Positions 61,334-64,000 of a DNA stretch of 64,000 nt are shown one piece after another (within the stretch, counting starts at the first letter, position 1; every line of letters begins with the position of its first letter). Made by a program: the position numbers and the translations under genes. The DNA comes from the human T2T-CHM13v2.0 reference genome, Homo sapiens. A model generated the notes under the pieces. The model searched no databases. It was not told the origin of the DNA and saw only the letters and a program-made list of their open reading frames with translations. The DNA lies in NCBI RefSeq assembly GCF_009914755.1, contig NC_060930.1, one strand, 5' to 3'.

Positions 61334-61404
61334 CAGATTTTAATGGATTAAATTAAAAAGCAACAGAAACAGTAAAGACGACCCTTATCTGTTTAAATCA
61401 GAAG
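61334..61404 (+). other. Candidate non-coding (5'UTR-type) exon, 71 or 68 nt, with NAGNAG acceptor
   Basis: Branch-like CTTAAT at 61291, long T-rich tract, TAG|CAG acceptor, consensus donor AAG|GTAAGT; stops in all frames. Confidence 0.45.
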
Positions 61405-61739
61405 GTAAGTTAGTGGGATATGAAGGCTTTAAAACAATACATGGAGTACAGAGAGTCTTGCCCAGCCTCTGCAGTTCCTGAGAACAGAGCAGTCAGTCTT
61501 TTAGGAAGTAGGCCCCCGTGGAGTTGAAAAATACTCTGAGGACCAGAATGTGACCTGGGAGGGTGGGCTTCAGTTCTTTCTTTCAGTTTTGTCCAACTCA
61601 TATGTGCTCTCTGGGCCTAATCATTCTCCCTCTCTCAGCCTGAGTTGTCTTATCTGTCATTTGGGGAATTAATAGCAGGCTTTTCCTTGGAAAGCATTTT
61701 GAGCCCTTTCCCTGAAAGGTTTTAATGTCCCTGTTGTTA

Positions 61740-63100
61740 TTAATATGACCGTATCACCGTTACAGGCCAGCCCTGACTTGGAATGGAAAAAGTGAGCCGA
61801 CCTTGTCTGATGTGATTGTCGCCCTATGAGCCAGTCAGCTTGCTTTTATATGTGACCCTGATGGCCTCCTGCTACTCGACGGAGCTCAGCCTTTTGACAG
61901 CTGGCCCAGCTGGCCTAGTTCAGAGCAAAAGTGGGCCCTGCGGACACAACACGTTGAGGGCTTTTTGAATGATCCAGCTGGGGTGGGTCTAGGTTCTTTT
62001 TGTGCCAAATGGAAAATGAAGTCTGCGTCCATCCTAGGGAAGCACAGTGTGGGAGAGCATTGCACTCTGTTCTTCCCTTTTCCCTGAAATTCATATTTAG
62101 TCTGAGCTGCTGCGTTTATATCCTTTCTTACCTACCACTAACCACGAACATTTCCAAAGCCCGTGTACTTTGCCTGTTGGCTTTGAACCTTTCAGCTATG
62201 ATGGAAACTTTATATTTTTATGTCTGCTTGGCTGAAACTGACTCCTCTGAGAGAGAAGACAGTAATTGCCTTTTGGGTGATTTCACCTCCACTAACTCTT
62301 TTCACATTCTTGGAGGGTTTTTGATAGAACCTGAAGAAACAAAGCCTGCATCCTGGGCTGCTTCAACATAAGAAGAACAGACTTCAATGGCAACAGCCTG
62401 TTTATAATCTCTTGGGCCCATTTCTGTTTTCATTGTCCTGTAGATTGAAGTGGATGTAGTGCAGAAAACAATAGCAGGATAATACTGTAATCCTCTTGGT
62501 TCTCACACGTGTTGCTCACTAGCATGCATTCCCGGGTGCATGTAAGAATCTTCCATCCTTATACCCACGGGTAAACAAAGGATCCCACGGGCTGTTGCCT
62601 ATCCCTAGGGAATTAAAAACAAATGTATATACTATAATATTCCTGAAGATTAAGTTATTTGAAAGGCATTTTATTTTATAATCATGCAAATACATCTGTT
62701 CTTGTTTTTCAGGCTGGTAACCAGATCTCAAAGGGCCAGTAAATAATCCCTCTTTTCCTTTCTTCCTGGCTACTCTACCGGCTCTCCCATACCCTTTGCT
62801 CTTTGATGCATAAGATGAGATGGGCGGGTAATCAGGCACTGAAAATCCACAGTTGGCGGGGGTCATTTTTCATTTATTATTTCTTCTGGTGCCTTGACTT
62901 TGCCTGACTTTCCATGGTTAAGGAAAGGGGAGGGGAAGAGGTTGATGAGAAGGTCAGTCTATTGTGTTGCTTCTCAGTCTCGCGTATCTGCGCTTCCTAA
63001 GTCTGTTTACACTCTGAATCACTTGACATGCTGCACATTCTTCTATAAAATCTGGCTTTGAGCAGCAGTCTTCAAGCACTGGGGAGGCCCACTGAGTAAG
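61740..63100. promoter_or_regulatory. Repeat-free, GC/CpG-elevated putative enhancer or alternative-promoter block
   Basis: Clustered CAGCTG E-boxes, TGACAG, GGAATG, three CCC-NN-GGG sites, two FOX sites, TATAAAA at 63044. Motif inspection only. Confidence 0.45.
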
Positions 63101-63689
63101 ATCTGAACAGCTGAAAGAACTGGGGGACACTTTTTTAAATGACCCGAAGCCTAGGAGAAGATAGCTTCCTCAATTAGTGGTAATCACTTGGAATGAATGA
63201 TTCTGTAGTTTTTCTTTGACATAGACTAAGATATATAGTATGCATAATATTTGGAAGTGTTGTTTCTTTATAGTAATAAAGTTCACATAGGGTAAGTCCA
63301 TTTCTGGTTTACTGAAAGGAAATGGCCATTATAAATGCTAAGCACTGCCTTTATTTGAATAAATATTACAAATGGTAGAATTAAATATTATAATAGACCT
63401 CTGGAGATGATCTGATTTATTGTTGGAACGCCAGTAAAATTACATTGAAGGGGTTTGAAAAGAAAGGGCCTTTATTTAAGACCACCTTAACATATTTTTC
63501 GTGTATATATATACTACAACTAAAGACTATTAGTAATTCATAAAACGTACCTACCTATTTGCAGATTTGAAAATTAGGATTAGTACTTGGTTCATGTTTT
63601 AGAACATAATCAAGTGCTATTGTAAGTTGATTTTAGGTATCAGGATTTGATGGATGTTAAGCAAACTTGTGATTAAAATGCGTTGTTGA

Positions 63690-63755
63690 GCAGTGAGCTG
63701 AGATCATGCCACTGCACTCCAGCCTGGGCAACAGAACGTGACTGTGTCTCAAAAA
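63690..63755 (+). mobile_element. Severely 5'-truncated Alu (about 65 nt)
   Basis: GCAGTGAGCTGAGATCATGCCACTGCACTCCAGCC; imperfect TSD AAAATGCGTTGTTGA / AACATGCATTGTTGA. Confidence 0.9.
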
Positions 63756-64000
63756 CATGCATTGTTGATTTTTAAAATTATTAATAATGATGAGTAGACA
63801 GAAATTTCTAGGCAAAATGTCTTTTACAAGGAAGAAAATCATTGTGTTTCTAAAACAAATTTCTTTTAATCATTTAGGAGGTCATACATATCTGTATTAC
63901 CTCATTATAAAATAATCCATAATTTGACTATTTTAAAAAATCCTTAACCCAGTCTAATCTGTCCAGAGTCATTACAGTCTGAGTACAAGAGAGTGACTTT

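Noticed and set aside
62519-62866. 115-aa minus-strand ORF in unique sequence
   Set aside because: No recognisable homology or splice support; length compatible with chance in a GC-richer patch.

Overview
Primate, human-like, AT-rich non-coding DNA, most likely a large intron or 5'-UTR intron of a + strand gene that I cannot name. I recognise no host protein-coding exon. The ORF track is explained by decayed LINE-1 ORFs, Alu read-through and chance ORFs. Much of the window is interspersed repeat: the 5' ~4.8 kb of an old L1PA element on the minus strand, about 20 Alus (many with visible target-site duplications, TSDs), MaLR/ERV solo LTRs, DNA-transposon fossils, L2 and MIR. Subfamily names come from my recall of consensus sequences and need RepeatMasker confirmation. 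I do not see a convincing new multi-gene system. The best leads are: (1) several separate template-switch or fold-back scars, namely a 181-bp local duplication with a 22-bp tandem junction (38.9/41.1 kb), a 17-nt double snap-back insertion (25.2 kb), an iterated hairpin insertion in an LTR (56.8 kb) and an inverted duplication inside an Alu (57.95 kb); (2) a repeat-free regulatory-looking block at 61.3-63.1 kb containing a strong non-coding exon candidate, an E-box/MEIS/TEAD cluster, three phased EBF-type CCC-NN-GGG sites and a TATA/Inr pair; (3) a candidate exon at 13.4-13.6 kb and a MADE1 (miR-548-type) hairpin at 12.0 kb.
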